A stretch of DNA of 64,000 nt from a virus (lineage: Duplodnaviria > Heunggongvirae > Uroviricota > Caudoviricetes), in the IMG/VR virus record IMGVR_UViG_3300028048_000083, positions 59,364-123,363 of that record. One strand, written 5' to 3'. Below, piece after piece: positions 18,355-27,840 of the stretch (its first letter is position 1; each line of letters begins with the position of its first letter). A program made the translations under genes and the position numbers. The notes beneath the pieces are model-generated. The model had not been told where the DNA came from. It saw only the letters and a program-made list of their open reading frames with translations, and made no database searches.

Positions 18355-18468
18355 TAACGAAGGTTTCCTTTTGTGTCTGCAAGACAGTGCTTTTAGTCAG
18401 GAAAACTATTGAAATAATAGCAAAAATCAAGCCAGCTATTAAACCAGTTGTATTCATAAGCCAGGATT

Positions 18469-18771
18469 TTATATCATACTGTTTATTTTTCCGACAAGCG
18501 TCTCTTCGGATATAGCACCGACACTCTTATCTGCGATTTCTTTGTTTTTGACATACATAAACGTCGGTACGCTGCGTATTTTGTACTGGGTTGCAAGCTC
18601 TGGGCTCTCATCAACGTCAACATCAATGATTTTGACCTTGCCTGCAAATTTTTCTGCTACATTATTGATGATGGGTTCCATTATTCTACAAGGAGTACAC
18701 CACGTACTAGAAAATTTAACAATGACCACATTGTTATTTTCTAGAATTTTATTAAAATCTTTTAAATTCAT
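18469..18771 (-). CDS. trxA: Thioredoxin
   Basis: WCTPC active-site motif in a 100-aa thioredoxin-fold sequence (KFSSTWCTPCRIMEPI...VPTFMYVKN). Confidence 0.85.
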   Translation of the reverse strand: MNLKDFNKILENNNVVIVKFSSTWCTPCRIMEPIINNVAEKFAGKVKIIDVDVDESPELATQYKIRSVPTFMYVKNKEIADKSVGAISEETLVGKINSMI

Positions 18772-19687
18772 TTTTTATAGTTTTTATTAATTTTATAATA
18801 TTATGAAATATTTTAATACCATTTAGTTCGTTATATTTTTCATTTTTCGAATAATAATATAAATTTATCTTATGTGATTCACATAAAACACTTTTAACTA
18901 AATCCCTATCTTGTCTAATTTTAAAATTCTTATCATCATTCTTATATCTAAACGGAGTAAAATGTTGTTCACCTTGACATTCAATAGCAGCATTATAATC
19001 TGGTAAATAAAAATCTAAAGGCATTTCTTTTTTATAAACCAGCCATGAAAATTTTTTTTGCCTTTCAAATTTAATTCCATTTTTATTTAATACACTTTCT
19101 ACTTCTTTTTCTAATGAACTTTCTTTGCAATGAGTACATCCCCAGCGGTAATGATTATCTGGTGTTTGCCAAAACTCTCCGTGTTCTGGACAGATAATAC
19201 AAACTTTTGTGTGAGCATTAACATATTCTACTTTTGAATAATCATATTTACCATTATGTATACTATTAGCTTTAAGTATAAAGTCATTTATTGTATGTTT
19301 CTCTGTATTAGAACACTTAATACATCCTTTCCCTTTTAAATGGTCCTTTGGCGTTTGCCAAAACTCACCATGTTCTGGACATATTATGCATACCTTTGTG
19401 TGGTTGTTTATATAATTAACTTTTGAATAATCGTATTTATCACCGTGTACTTTGCATGCTTTTTCTATAAATTCTTCTTTATTTAATCTACAAACCCCAC
19501 CACACTTACTACAACCAATACCTTGTAAGTGACTTGATGGTACTTGCCAAAATTCACCATGTTCTGGGCATATTATACATACTTTTGTATAACTATTAAT
19601 ATATTCAACCTTAGAATAGTCATACTTGTCGCCGTGGACTTTTTTTGCTTTTTCTATAAATTCTTCTCTTGTCAGTTTTTTACCCAT
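18752..19687 (-). CDS. Triple Zn-ribbon repeat protein with C-terminal PD-(D/E)xK (Vsr/DUF559-like) nuclease domain
   Basis: Three tandem ~55-aa repeats (EFIEKA.KVHGDKYDYSKV.YIN..TKVCIICPEHGEFWQ.P..HL.G.GC.KC). The C-terminal LDFYLPDYNAAIECQGEQH motif is typical of small PD-(D/E)xK endonuclease domains, as in homing endonucleases. Confidence 0.5.
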   Translation of the reverse strand: MGKKLTREEFIEKAKKVHGDKYDYSKVEYINSYTKVCIICPEHGEFWQVPSSHLQGIGCSKCGGVCRLNKEEFIEKACKVHGDKYDYSKVNYINNHTKVCIICPEHGEFWQTPKDHLKGKGCIKCSNTEKHTINDFILKANSIHNGKYDYSKVEYVNAHTKVCIICPEHGEFWQTPDNHYRWGCTHCKESSLEKEVESVLNKNGIKFERQKKFSWLVYKKEMPLDFYLPDYNAAIECQGEQHFTPFRYKNDDKNFKIRQDRDLVKSVLCESHKINLYYYSKNEKYNELNGIKIFHNIIKLIKTIKNEFKRF

Positions 19688-19853
19688 ATTACTTAACCAT
19701 TTATATAAATAAATAGTAAGTAATATCTGTTTCGTGATTAAAAATTATCTTTTTTTTCACCAGGGAGCTCCGAATTTAACAACCACTACTGGGTTGCTGT
19801 CCAAAATTTCATTAAATTCCTTTAATTCCATTGTATGTTTGGTTTTGAATTTA

Positions 19854-20168
19854 TTATTTTTTCTTCCTATTCCCGTGTTTCACGTTAGGGGATTTTTTCT
19901 TTTTCCTTACGCATTTATGCTTGGTGCGCGGCGCATTGTCATACTGTTCCTTTTCGGAAGCTTTTAAAAGTTCCATGAACTTTTTTTGGTCTTCCTCGGA
20001 CATGTTATCATAAAGTTCACTGAATCCGCTTAACTGCATACCAATCCTGGTTTCAATTTCAGTAAGCTTCTGGTTTGCGAAATTCAACAGTTCTTCACTT
20101 TTCTTGTACCCCTTTTTAAGCTTGATTGGGGGTTTTGCCTCATTACTATTCATTGTACTGTTTTCCAT
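19854..20168 (-). CDS. hypothetical basic protein
   Basis: 104 aa with a Lys/Arg-rich C-terminus. Confidence 0.4.
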   Translation of the reverse strand: MENSTMNSNEAKPPIKLKKGYKKSEELLNFANQKLTEIETRIGMQLSGFSELYDNMSEEDQKKFMELLKASEKEQYDNAPRTKHKCVRKKKKSPNVKHGNRKKK

Positions 20169-20217
20169 ACTTCGGTTTATATTGTGTTATATGTATTTTT
20201 AATATACAGAATTTTTT

Positions 20218-20517
20218 TCATTTTATCGAAACTTTCTGATTCGCGGAGTCATTGTCGCAACACGGTCTGCTCTTAAGCAGATTTGTCAAATCGTTGATAG
20301 CCTCGTTCTTTGTTTTGTATTGGTTGATATGGAATGAGGGTGCACCTTCAATGGAAGCATTCAGATAATATATCGGTTCTGCTGGTATTTCGCGACCGAA
20401 TGGATAGTGGTCAAAACCTAAAAAAGATTCAACTGAAAAAGAGATTATTTTATTGATATTGTACCAAGTATCGCCGTCGTCTTTGGCGAAAAAATCTTTA
20501 TTAATCCAAACTAACAT
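20218..20517 (-). CDS. hypothetical protein
   Basis: 99-aa ORF. Confidence 0.4.
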   Translation of the reverse strand: MLVWINKDFFAKDDGDTWYNINKIISFSVESFLGFDHYPFGREIPAEPIYYLNASIEGAPSFHINQYKTKNEAINDLTNLLKSRPCCDNDSANQKVSIK

Positions 20518-20801
20518 ATTTTAATTGATTTTACTGTTTTGCCGCCACCAGCTGGTCTACTTGAAACGAATTTTTCAAAAACATTGTGTATTTCCAAACG
20601 TTTTGAATAGTCTTCCTTTACAAAAACAATTGTATCACCATGGGTTGTTTTTCCACCTATCTTCACAAATGTATCCCCAGTAATATTGTCTACCTCCTTA
20701 TAGCAGTTAATTGATATAAACGCGTTATAGTTATATATAATTAGTTTACCTGATACTGTAAAAGTATCCCTATCAACCCATGTTAGGTTTTGTTTTTCCA
20801 T
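20511..20801 (-). CDS. hypothetical protein
   Basis: 96-aa ORF. Confidence 0.4.
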   Translation of the reverse strand: MEKQNLTWVDRDTFTVSGKLIIYNYNAFISINCYKEVDNITGDTFVKIGGKTTHGDTIVFVKEDYSKRLEIHNVFEKFVSSRPAGGGKTVKSIKIC

Positions 20802-21856
20802 TACCCGCCAATTTTTTCGATTCTGAAGGTATCACAAAACATACAGTCAACATCCCCGTTACTGAAATGGTAATCCATTTCATTAGGTACAAGGTTGTTG
20901 TATAGTTTATAGACTAAAGCGTAATACGGTCCCTGCACGCACATCAGCTCACTGTTGGTAACAGTCAGGCTAAACGGCTTCGGGTGTTCATGGCGGGCAT
21001 AGAAAGTAAAGTGTTTACGGTTTCTGGCATTTGAGAAAAAGTTATATCCATCCAACGTATATATTTTAACATGCACATCTATACCGATAGAACTTCTGCA
21101 CATTTCAGGAAAATGTTCAAGTTTATCGTAATCACCGTATGATGTCATATCCGAAAGTTCAATCGTAATCTCATCGGCATTGATTGAATTGATTTCATAC
21201 GGAAAATTGAAGTAGCAACCCATAAGGTCAAGTATCTTATAAACCATATAAGTCTCTACAGTGAAAACCCTGGACGGATTCAGCTGTCCGAAGAAAACCT
21301 GTCTGAAATATTTGCTGTTAATCACAAGAGGGTTGTCCGTGAACTTTTTGATGAATTCGTCATAAGTCGCGCTGTTGAACATGATGTTTTTGTCAACGTA
21401 ATTCATAGCCTGAAAGTTGGCTTTACACAAGTCAATCGACACAAGGGTCTTACCGATGTTACCCTCATGGAAAATATTCTTGGACTTTTGCTTGTATTCG
21501 TTTTTGTTGACACCGTAACGGTTCATGTCCATTTGGTTGAACTTTATATAAGCCTCGTTTTCTTTCACTGCGTTGATGACAGTGTTGCGTATGTCCAAAA
21601 ACCCTTCAACAAATGATTGCGGATTACCATCAAATTGTTCTTCAATCAAAAGGCAGAGTTTGTTCCATTTTTCAATCGTATTAAAAACCTTATCATAGTT
21701 TTCTATGTGATAGAAAAAAAGTTTTTCGTTTACGACTGGCATTGGCAACCTGTGCTCGTTCACAAACCTTGTAGCCATTGGGAATGTCCACAAATCTTTG
21801 TAAACGGTGTTAGAGTCAATACAATTTTTAATCTGTTTTATATTATCAGTATTCAT
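20801..21856 (-). CDS. hypothetical protein
   Basis: 351-aa ORF. No recognised motif. Confidence 0.5.
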   Translation of the reverse strand: MNTDNIKQIKNCIDSNTVYKDLWTFPMATRFVNEHRLPMPVVNEKLFFYHIENYDKVFNTIEKWNKLCLLIEEQFDGNPQSFVEGFLDIRNTVINAVKENEAYIKFNQMDMNRYGVNKNEYKQKSKNIFHEGNIGKTLVSIDLCKANFQAMNYVDKNIMFNSATYDEFIKKFTDNPLVINSKYFRQVFFGQLNPSRVFTVETYMVYKILDLMGCYFNFPYEINSINADEITIELSDMTSYGDYDKLEHFPEMCRSSIGIDVHVKIYTLDGYNFFSNARNRKHFTFYARHEHPKPFSLTVTNSELMCVQGPYYALVYKLYNNLVPNEMDYHFSNGDVDCMFCDTFRIEKIGG

Positions 21857-21877
21857 TATCCAACCGTCGGCGGGAAA

Positions 21878-21897
21878 CCCGTGAATTTATTCACGGG
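21878..21897. promoter_or_regulatory. Perfect palindrome CCCGTGAATTTATTCACGGG
   Basis: 20-bp inverted repeat in the 236-bp intergenic region. It shares a GAATT(T/C)ATTC core with a second palindrome at 22067-22086. Confidence 0.4.
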
Positions 21898-21950
21898 AGG
21901 GATAGCCGACTTGTATCCCCTCTTTGATTAATATACAGCTTATTTTTAAC

Positions 21951-21986
21951 TATAACCAAAATAAACGCACTTTTTCTTTAAAAGCC
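21951..21986 (-). promoter_or_regulatory. Conserved upstream motif (class B variant), instance
   Basis: Plus-strand TATAACCAAAATAAACGCACTTTTTCTTTAAAAGCC, upstream (minus sense) of the 20801-21856 gene. Confidence 0.35.
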
Positions 21987-22066
21987 ACAAAAACTTTTCT
22001 CACTTTTACAAACAACGTGATATTTAAAACCCGATATAGCTAGTTAGCTTGTTCGGTCTTGCAAGC

Positions 22067-22086
22067 CACCGAATTCATTCGGTGGT
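22067..22086. promoter_or_regulatory. Perfect palindrome CCACCGAATTCATTCGGTGG
   Basis: 20-bp inverted repeat just past the stop of the 22093-22326 gene. Candidate operator or transcript-end hairpin. Confidence 0.4.
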
Positions 22087-22092
22087 AGTTGA

Positions 22093-22326
22093 CTAGATTG
22101 TTGAAATGTTTATTTTTTCAAAATTTACAACTACAGTCACTATGTTCCTGTATCCGCTTACTCTGAGACTGTCTCTGATATCGTCAGCAGTCTGTTGGTC
22201 ATTGTATAAGTTGGAATCGAGAACATTTTTAAACCAATCTATACCGTTGCCGCTGATTTTGCAGAAACTGTTGTCCTCAGGGTTATGGATTACATACCGA
22301 ACGCCACTTTGTTTCATAAGATGCAT
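22093..22326 (-). CDS. hypothetical protein
   Basis: 77-aa ORF. Confidence 0.4.
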   Translation of the reverse strand: MHLMKQSGVRYVIHNPEDNSFCKISGNGIDWFKNVLDSNLYNDQQTADDIRDSLRVSGYRNIVTVVVNFEKINISTI

Positions 22327-22462
22327 TTGTTTAATTTGTTATTTAATATTTAACCATTTCTTCAAGTGCTTCATCATAAAAAACCTCGAAGCTATCCGAA
22401 AGACAACTATTTAATTTCCTTCTGTTTATTATAACCGAATTTAACTCGTTTTTTCCTTGTGT

Positions 22463-23281
22463 TTACCTGACAGGAATTGCACCAATACTGTCAAAACGTT
22501 CCCTACCATCCTCATTGGTTAGTTGGAAACCATCAAAGGCTTTCCAATAATGACGTGTGTAAGTAGCTGGAATATTTGGATTTGTACGTTCTCCAGTGTA
22601 TTCAAATTCCTCTTCAACACGGTAAATGAACCGACCGAATTTCTTTCCATCCTCATAATCGTTCCAATCAACACCAGTCATTTCCTTAAGGAGGTTAATC
22701 TGCTCGTCTGCGTTCAGGCTTTCAAGTTGCTTGTGTGAAATTCTAGCCTGAGCTGCCTGTTGCTTTGAGTTACGGATACAGTCAATCTGCCTGTAAAGGA
22801 ACCAGGCAAACACATCATTATATGTAGGTAGATTCCAACACTTACAGTCAAACTGATATAGTGGCATATCAACAATAGTATCAATAGTTTGATGTGTAGG
22901 GATATATTTAATCGCGTGTTGAGTCATTAGATTATTGAACTTTGCCGTTGCCAAAGATGCAATAATCGAAAGCATTTTGGTAAGTCTGTAACCGAAGAAT
23001 GATTCAGTGTTCTCATTCTCGAAGTCTGTAATGACCAGTGAAATCTCATCTGACTGGACATAACCGAATTTGGCACCTTCCACTTTGGAACATACGTATT
23101 TGGCTGTCTCATTCATCATATCAATGAAATTATCGTCAAACGGTTTCTCAAACTTGTTCTTAATCATGGTTGAAAAAGAACGACCATCTAAGAAAACTAA
23201 AACATAACTTTTCGGCATTAACTTATAATCGGTCAAGCCACGGAAATACTCCATTCTGTCTTTTAATGTGTTAAATCTCAT
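22463..23281 (-). CDS. Thg1-like protein (tRNA-His guanylyltransferase family, 3'-5' polymerase)
   Basis: YVLVFLDGRSFSTMIKNKFEKPFDDNF resembles Thg1 VVRIDGKGFHKFTKKHGFEKPND. GYVQSDEISLV resembles Thg1 AYGQSDEYSFV, the second catalytic carboxylate motif. 272 aa. Confidence 0.8.
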   Translation of the reverse strand: MRFNTLKDRMEYFRGLTDYKLMPKSYVLVFLDGRSFSTMIKNKFEKPFDDNFIDMMNETAKYVCSKVEGAKFGYVQSDEISLVITDFENENTESFFGYRLTKMLSIIASLATAKFNNLMTQHAIKYIPTHQTIDTIVDMPLYQFDCKCWNLPTYNDVFAWFLYRQIDCIRNSKQQAAQARISHKQLESLNADEQINLLKEMTGVDWNDYEDGKKFGRFIYRVEEEFEYTGERTNPNIPATYTRHYWKAFDGFQLTNEDGRERFDSIGAIPVR

Positions 23282-23484
23282 ATTCTGTATCCTTTAATGT
23301 CTGTATAATTTTTGTCGGGGTTTATGTCAAAAGCGCAAAACCATTCACTCCAGTTGGCGTCACTGTATTTTTCAAGGAATCTGGCATATTCTTCACATTT
23401 GGATTTGTCGTGGAAGTATATTATGTGTGCATGTGACGTCAAGGGGTACCATCTTCCTCCGAACTTATACATGATTTTGTACAT
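23278..23484 (-). CDS. hypothetical small protein
   Basis: 68-aa ORF. Confidence 0.35.
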   Translation of the reverse strand: MYKIMYKFGGRWYPLTSHAHIIYFHDKSKCEEYARFLEKYSDANWSEWFCAFDINPDKNYTDIKGYRI

Positions 23485-23953
23485 TCCAGTATTTGTTAAA
23501 TATGGTTATTCCGTCAACATTGCCATATTTGCCAGGCTTAATGTACATGTAACAATCTGTCTCGCTTACAAGCTCGTCTATCATGGTCGGGTGTTTTTTA
23601 CACACGTCCTGGAATATCATGTTGACTTGTTTCTTTTGCCATGAACGAACAACACGGGTAATGCCGATATGGTTGTTGATGAACATACCCAAGTCATCCA
23701 GTTTGTACCATAACCGAAGAAGTAACTGGGTTAAGTTAGGTTTAGATGGGTTGATGTATTTACGGTAATTGCCGAGCCAACACAACCATGACCCGTCCCA
23801 AAGTGAAAAAAAGTCTGTACGGTAGCACCCGTACTTCTCTTTCCCAGCAACAGTTATATGGCATTTGTTCAACCTTATGTTAAGTTCACGGATGGCATCA
23901 TTCAACTCATCACCCCATTCCAGGAACCATTCATCACCCCATATGTGCATCAT
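23465..23953 (-). CDS. hypothetical protein
   Basis: 162-aa ORF. Confidence 0.45.
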   Translation of the reverse strand: MMHIWGDEWFLEWGDELNDAIRELNIRLNKCHITVAGKEKYGCYRTDFFSLWDGSWLCWLGNYRKYINPSKPNLTQLLLRLWYKLDDLGMFINNHIGITRVVRSWQKKQVNMIFQDVCKKHPTMIDELVSETDCYMYIKPGKYGNVDGITIFNKYWNVQNHV

Positions 23954-23962
23954 ATCTGAAGT

Positions 23963-24829
23963 TTAATATATTATTTCATCTGTTTTTAAATCCCTTAGCA
24001 ACCCTTCGTCGTCAATGTAGAAGCACTTGTGGCAGTCAATGCAAATGTTGCTGTTGTATACGGCAGGTGCGTCTATTACCCAGGTGTTCCAGGTGTGCTC
24101 CTCAATATTATGGTCAAAAACCTGTTTTAACTGTTGTGTATGTCCGAATATTTGTACATAAGGGGTAGGGGGAGCCATAAAAAATTCATGGCAGTCACTC
24201 CAAACAATTGACCCGCATTCGCAATGCCCTCCACGATAAAATCCTATATCGTTTAGGGCATATCTGAATTTGAAATCCCCTTTGTTGAACATGTCGGTTA
24301 ACGTTTTGCATATGGTTTCGGCACTGGTGGATAACACGTTATAATTCTCAATCAGTTTGTTTCTCTCAATCCATTCATTCTGGACGCCAGCGTGTGAAAA
24401 CAGGAATACCCTGTCACTGGCTGGTGTTGCTTCTGAATCCGTTAGCTGGTACATTTTACCAGGTATTGTTGCCATGTCGATTATTTTGAACAATTCATGG
24501 TTTGATGTGAATATGTCAAACAATTTGTTGCTATATTTAACATCAAACCTGTTGGCTGATACGTTCCATCTGTCATTCACACTACGGCGATAATACGACA
24601 AATCGTGATTGCCAATGAGCAATGTTACTTTATCCGAATGGGACTTGGCGAATTCCACAATTTCCTCAAAGTTATTGATTGAGTCTAAGTAACTGATGCC
24701 TTCATATTCATAAGGGTCATGGTAATCCCCTAAAAAGACAATCTTTTCACATTCGTCCACAAATGGGAGGATGTCTTTCCAAAACTGCCTGCCATGTACG
24801 TCTGGCACTAAAAGTATTTTTTTCTCCAT
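23963..24829 (-). CDS. Metallophosphoesterase (calcineurin-like phosphatase)
   Basis: VPDVHGR...FLGDYHD...GNHD signature motifs. 288 aa. Confidence 0.8.
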   Translation of the reverse strand: MEKKILLVPDVHGRQFWKDILPFVDECEKIVFLGDYHDPYEYEGISYLDSINNFEEIVEFAKSHSDKVTLLIGNHDLSYYRRSVNDRWNVSANRFDVKYSNKLFDIFTSNHELFKIIDMATIPGKMYQLTDSEATPASDRVFLFSHAGVQNEWIERNKLIENYNVLSTSAETICKTLTDMFNKGDFKFRYALNDIGFYRGGHCECGSIVWSDCHEFFMAPPTPYVQIFGHTQQLKQVFDHNIEEHTWNTWVIDAPAVYNSNICIDCHKCFYIDDEGLLRDLKTDEIIY

Positions 24830-24831
24830 AT

Positions 24832-25164
24832 TCAGTCTCCAATAATTTCCATAGGGACAAAGACATCATATCCGTCGTTGTCTTCAAAATGATTAATCAA
24901 TTCTTCATAACGATGTCCAAATTTGTATCGTTCATAGACAAATTTGCCGTCTCCCCATTTTGCTTCATCTGCATTTATGCATTCGCCCTCATAGACCTTT
25001 CCAAAGACAAGTTCTGACTTCGGAATAACTCTCACTATATTAGGAGAAACACCTTCTCCATACATAGCACAACCATAACAATCATCCGTCATACCCATCA
25101 GATTACAATGTCCGCCATCAGGATGCCCCATATATATTCCATTATCTTTAATAACTTCAATCAT
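24832..25164 (-). CDS. hypothetical protein
   Basis: 110-aa ORF. Confidence 0.4.
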   Translation of the reverse strand: MIEVIKDNGIYMGHPDGGHCNLMGMTDDCYGCAMYGEGVSPNIVRVIPKSELVFGKVYEGECINADEAKWGDGKFVYERYKFGHRYEELINHFEDNDGYDVFVPMEIIGD

Positions 25165-25624
25165 TATGCGCAGTGTTTAAAATGCCAATAGCTTTATAGC
25201 ATTCGCATGTAGTTAAACCATGCCTGTTGTCGCAATATACAAAATGTCTCATCTGTTCCTCCAGCATGTCCCTGTCATCATCGAGTATGGCATATGACTC
25301 CAAAGGTTCATGGTCTTTTTCGTAATCGTCAATCCACGCTTTAATTTCCTCGCCCCTTATACGGCTTGCGCAGTATGGTGTGACACTGGTGATTTTATAA
25401 TTGAACCCGCATTCCTCAAGTCTTTTTTGTGTTTCACTAACATTACCACGCCATGAAGACGAGAGTACAACCTCTGCACCAGTTTCTTCGATAATGTAGT
25501 TAAGGAACACTACAGCCCGTTCATCAATAAACTGGTCAGAATCAAACTTTTTGGATTTTATACGATATACAGCATAATCCTCGGAATTCATAATGCCGTC
25601 GATATCAAGAAACAATGCCTTCAT
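25157..25624 (-). CDS. HAD-superfamily phosphatase-like protein
   Basis: N-terminal ALFLDIDGIMN (HAD motif I, DxDG). Size is similar to the phosphatase domain of polynucleotide kinase-phosphatases. Confidence 0.5.
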   Translation of the reverse strand: MKALFLDIDGIMNSEDYAVYRIKSKKFDSDQFIDERAVVFLNYIIEETGAEVVLSSSWRGNVSETQKRLEECGFNYKITSVTPYCASRIRGEEIKAWIDDYEKDHEPLESYAILDDDRDMLEEQMRHFVYCDNRHGLTTCECYKAIGILNTAHND

Positions 25625-25633
25625 ATGTGTTTG

Positions 25634-25903
25634 TTAATATATAAGGAGTTCATATCCTAAAGATTCTATGTAATCCCCGATTTCTGATATACTAAAATCA
25701 CTCAAGTCTCGATGATAGTATTTCCCAATTTCCCTGTTTCTCTCATTCTCTTTAAAAAACGTAGCTCTTTCATACTCATCCATGGACAACAGGATATCTT
25801 CAAGACACACGTTTACGTGTTCAACGCCATCCTGTTCCAGTTTCTGCTTTTCATATAGCGGAAGCGTATCGATAATTTTTTTCAGGCTGATTAATGTATT
25901 CAT
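25634..25903 (-). CDS. hypothetical protein
   Basis: The ORF-track entry is trimmed to the internal Met (MNTLISLKK...) so that the conserved upstream motifs at 25907-25949 lie outside the CDS. Confidence 0.4.
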   Translation of the reverse strand: MNTLISLKKIIDTLPLYEKQKLEQDGVEHVNVCLEDILLSMDEYERATFFKENERNREIGKYYHRDLSDFSISEIGDYIESLGYELLIY

Positions 25904-25971
25904 GACTATATAACCGTTTTTATGATGTTTTTTCATTATTAATATACAGAAATTTCGTGAACTTGGTAAAA

Positions 25972-26592
25972 TCACCACCAGAGATGGAGAAAATATTTTG
26001 CAAACAAATCCAGACCGTTTTGTACTTTGACGTTTTCGTGTTCCAAAATTTCACGACGTTTATCCAATAGTTCCTGGTCATAGTTTTTGCCGTGCACAAT
26101 ATCATAATTGCCGTCTGGACGTTTCCTTTCCTTGTAATAACCAACCCAGTCAATACCCAATGACTCATCAAGTTCATCGTCGTATTTGTCATAGTTGACT
26201 ATATAGTCAAAAGCATAAATCATCTGGTCGATTGCGTCAAGCCAGTCTTCAAATTTATCAAACTCTGGAGGGTAGCCATTAACAACTTTCTTGAATTCGA
26301 CAAGCCTCGGCAATATGTATTTGGCAATAGTCTTGTCAAGGTTCCACAATTCGGTATCGTCAAACCCGCGCTCGATGCGTTGAGTTTTGTATTTGGCAAG
26401 CCTTTCAACCTGTTTTGCCTGGTCGTTTGTCTGCCAGTAATAATCGTCAAACGCTTCGATACAACTTCCGTTGCAGTTTGGAACGTTTATAGGGTCTACA
26501 GCATTAGCGGATTTCAATACCAAGTTCTTTAATTTAGCGTATTTGTTACGCTCTTTGTTTCGTTCACGGCTTCTTTTGTTCATAAGATTCAA
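25972..26592 (-). CDS. hypothetical protein
   Basis: 206-aa ORF with a basic N-terminus. Confidence 0.45.
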   Translation of the reverse strand: MNLMNKRSRERNKERNKYAKLKNLVLKSANAVDPINVPNCNGSCIEAFDDYYWQTNDQAKQVERLAKYKTQRIERGFDDTELWNLDKTIAKYILPRLVEFKKVVNGYPPEFDKFEDWLDAIDQMIYAFDYIVNYDKYDDELDESLGIDWVGYYKERKRPDGNYDIVHGKNYDQELLDKRREILEHENVKVQNGLDLFAKYFLHLWW

Positions 26593-26602
26593 ATCAGTTT
26601 AA

Positions 26603-26917
26603 CTAAAGTGTATTGTAATTAATGTTTAATGGTACGAAATTGTCTTGTATTTCCGCCTCTTCAATATAAGGACCTTCGAATTTGAAAAGTTCAAGTTGAT
26701 GGTTATACACGTTATCTTTAAGATATTTCAAAAGTTCTTCTAATTCAGGCAAGTTTTTTTCAGCATTAACCTTATCCGTATACCATTTACTGGTCTCCGT
26801 GTACCAGTGTTCCCATTCGCAGGTGTCAGCGTTATTATAGCACAAGGTTGCTCTGTATATTTTCATTATCAAGATTTTTAAGCTGGTTAATAATATTACA
26901 TCTGGTTGCCATATCAT
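26603..26917 (-). CDS. hypothetical protein
   Basis: 104-aa ORF. Confidence 0.4.
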   Translation of the reverse strand: MIWQPDVILLTSLKILIMKIYRATLCYNNADTCEWEHWYTETSKWYTDKVNAEKNLPELEELLKYLKDNVYNHQLELFKFEGPYIEEAEIQDNFVPLNINYNTL

Positions 26918-27840
26918 TTGTTTTTAATCGGAAGTTTTTTGACAAATCTTCTTATATCCTCAATGTCGTTAATTTCGTCAACAACGTCCTGGATTCCTGT
27001 AGCCAGTTCGGATAGCATTGTTTTGAGCTCATCTGTTGATAATTTCACAATATCATTCAAACAGTCTAGGTCTACATAATCGTCCAAGTTGGTCTTGTCT
27101 GTTTGAATACCTTGTTTGAGTTTTTCAGTTCTTTTTATAAAATAATCATGAATGTAGTTCAAGTCATATCCCTTCAGATTTTCTTTGTATTCTGGATATA
27201 TATCGGACAGTGCGGTATTCAACGCCTCATCAAAAAGCTCCTTTCCGTAGTTTTCTTCAGGTATAAACAAGCAAAACTTGTGAAATGTAGCAATTGTGTC
27301 ATGTAAGCTTGCAACATTATTCGTGTGAATCATTGGATAATATCTGCTGCCGAGTTGAGAATAAATCTGAATTGAAGTTTTTTCAACTCGAAATTCTGAA
27401 CAAATCCTGTTTATGCGTTCGACATTGCAGAATGCATATTCATCATTAAGCAAAACTGTATAAACTGGATGGTTTGGCAAATCAAGTGTGTTGTTGATAA
27501 TATCCACGTCAGTAAACTCCAATCCCTCAACTGGTATACAGTTATGGAAACTGATGAAAGCATAACCGTTTATCCGAAACAGTTTATACTCAACACCGCT
27601 TTCGGTGTAATATATGATGTTTGTTCCGAAAACATTTTCAAAACATTCTTTAATTTGTTCTTCACTAGCCTTGGTAATCCCAAGTATATGATACGCGCTG
27701 TCATATTTCATATGTCCAATGTCGTCTTTCCCACCTGTAAAGAACAACATGTCTTCTGGAAACTGTACTTCGACGCTGTCAGCGTCTTTGGGATTTAAAC
27801 TATAGTGTCCAAATTTCAATAAAGTTTTTTTCGTTTTCAT
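26914..27840 (-). CDS. hypothetical protein
   Basis: 308-aa ORF. Confidence 0.5.
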   Translation of the reverse strand: MKTKKTLLKFGHYSLNPKDADSVEVQFPEDMLFFTGGKDDIGHMKYDSAYHILGITKASEEQIKECFENVFGTNIIYYTESGVEYKLFRINGYAFISFHNCIPVEGLEFTDVDIINNTLDLPNHPVYTVLLNDEYAFCNVERINRICSEFRVEKTSIQIYSQLGSRYYPMIHTNNVASLHDTIATFHKFCLFIPEENYGKELFDEALNTALSDIYPEYKENLKGYDLNYIHDYFIKRTEKLKQGIQTDKTNLDDYVDLDCLNDIVKLSTDELKTMLSELATGIQDVVDEINDIEDIRRFVKKLPIKNK

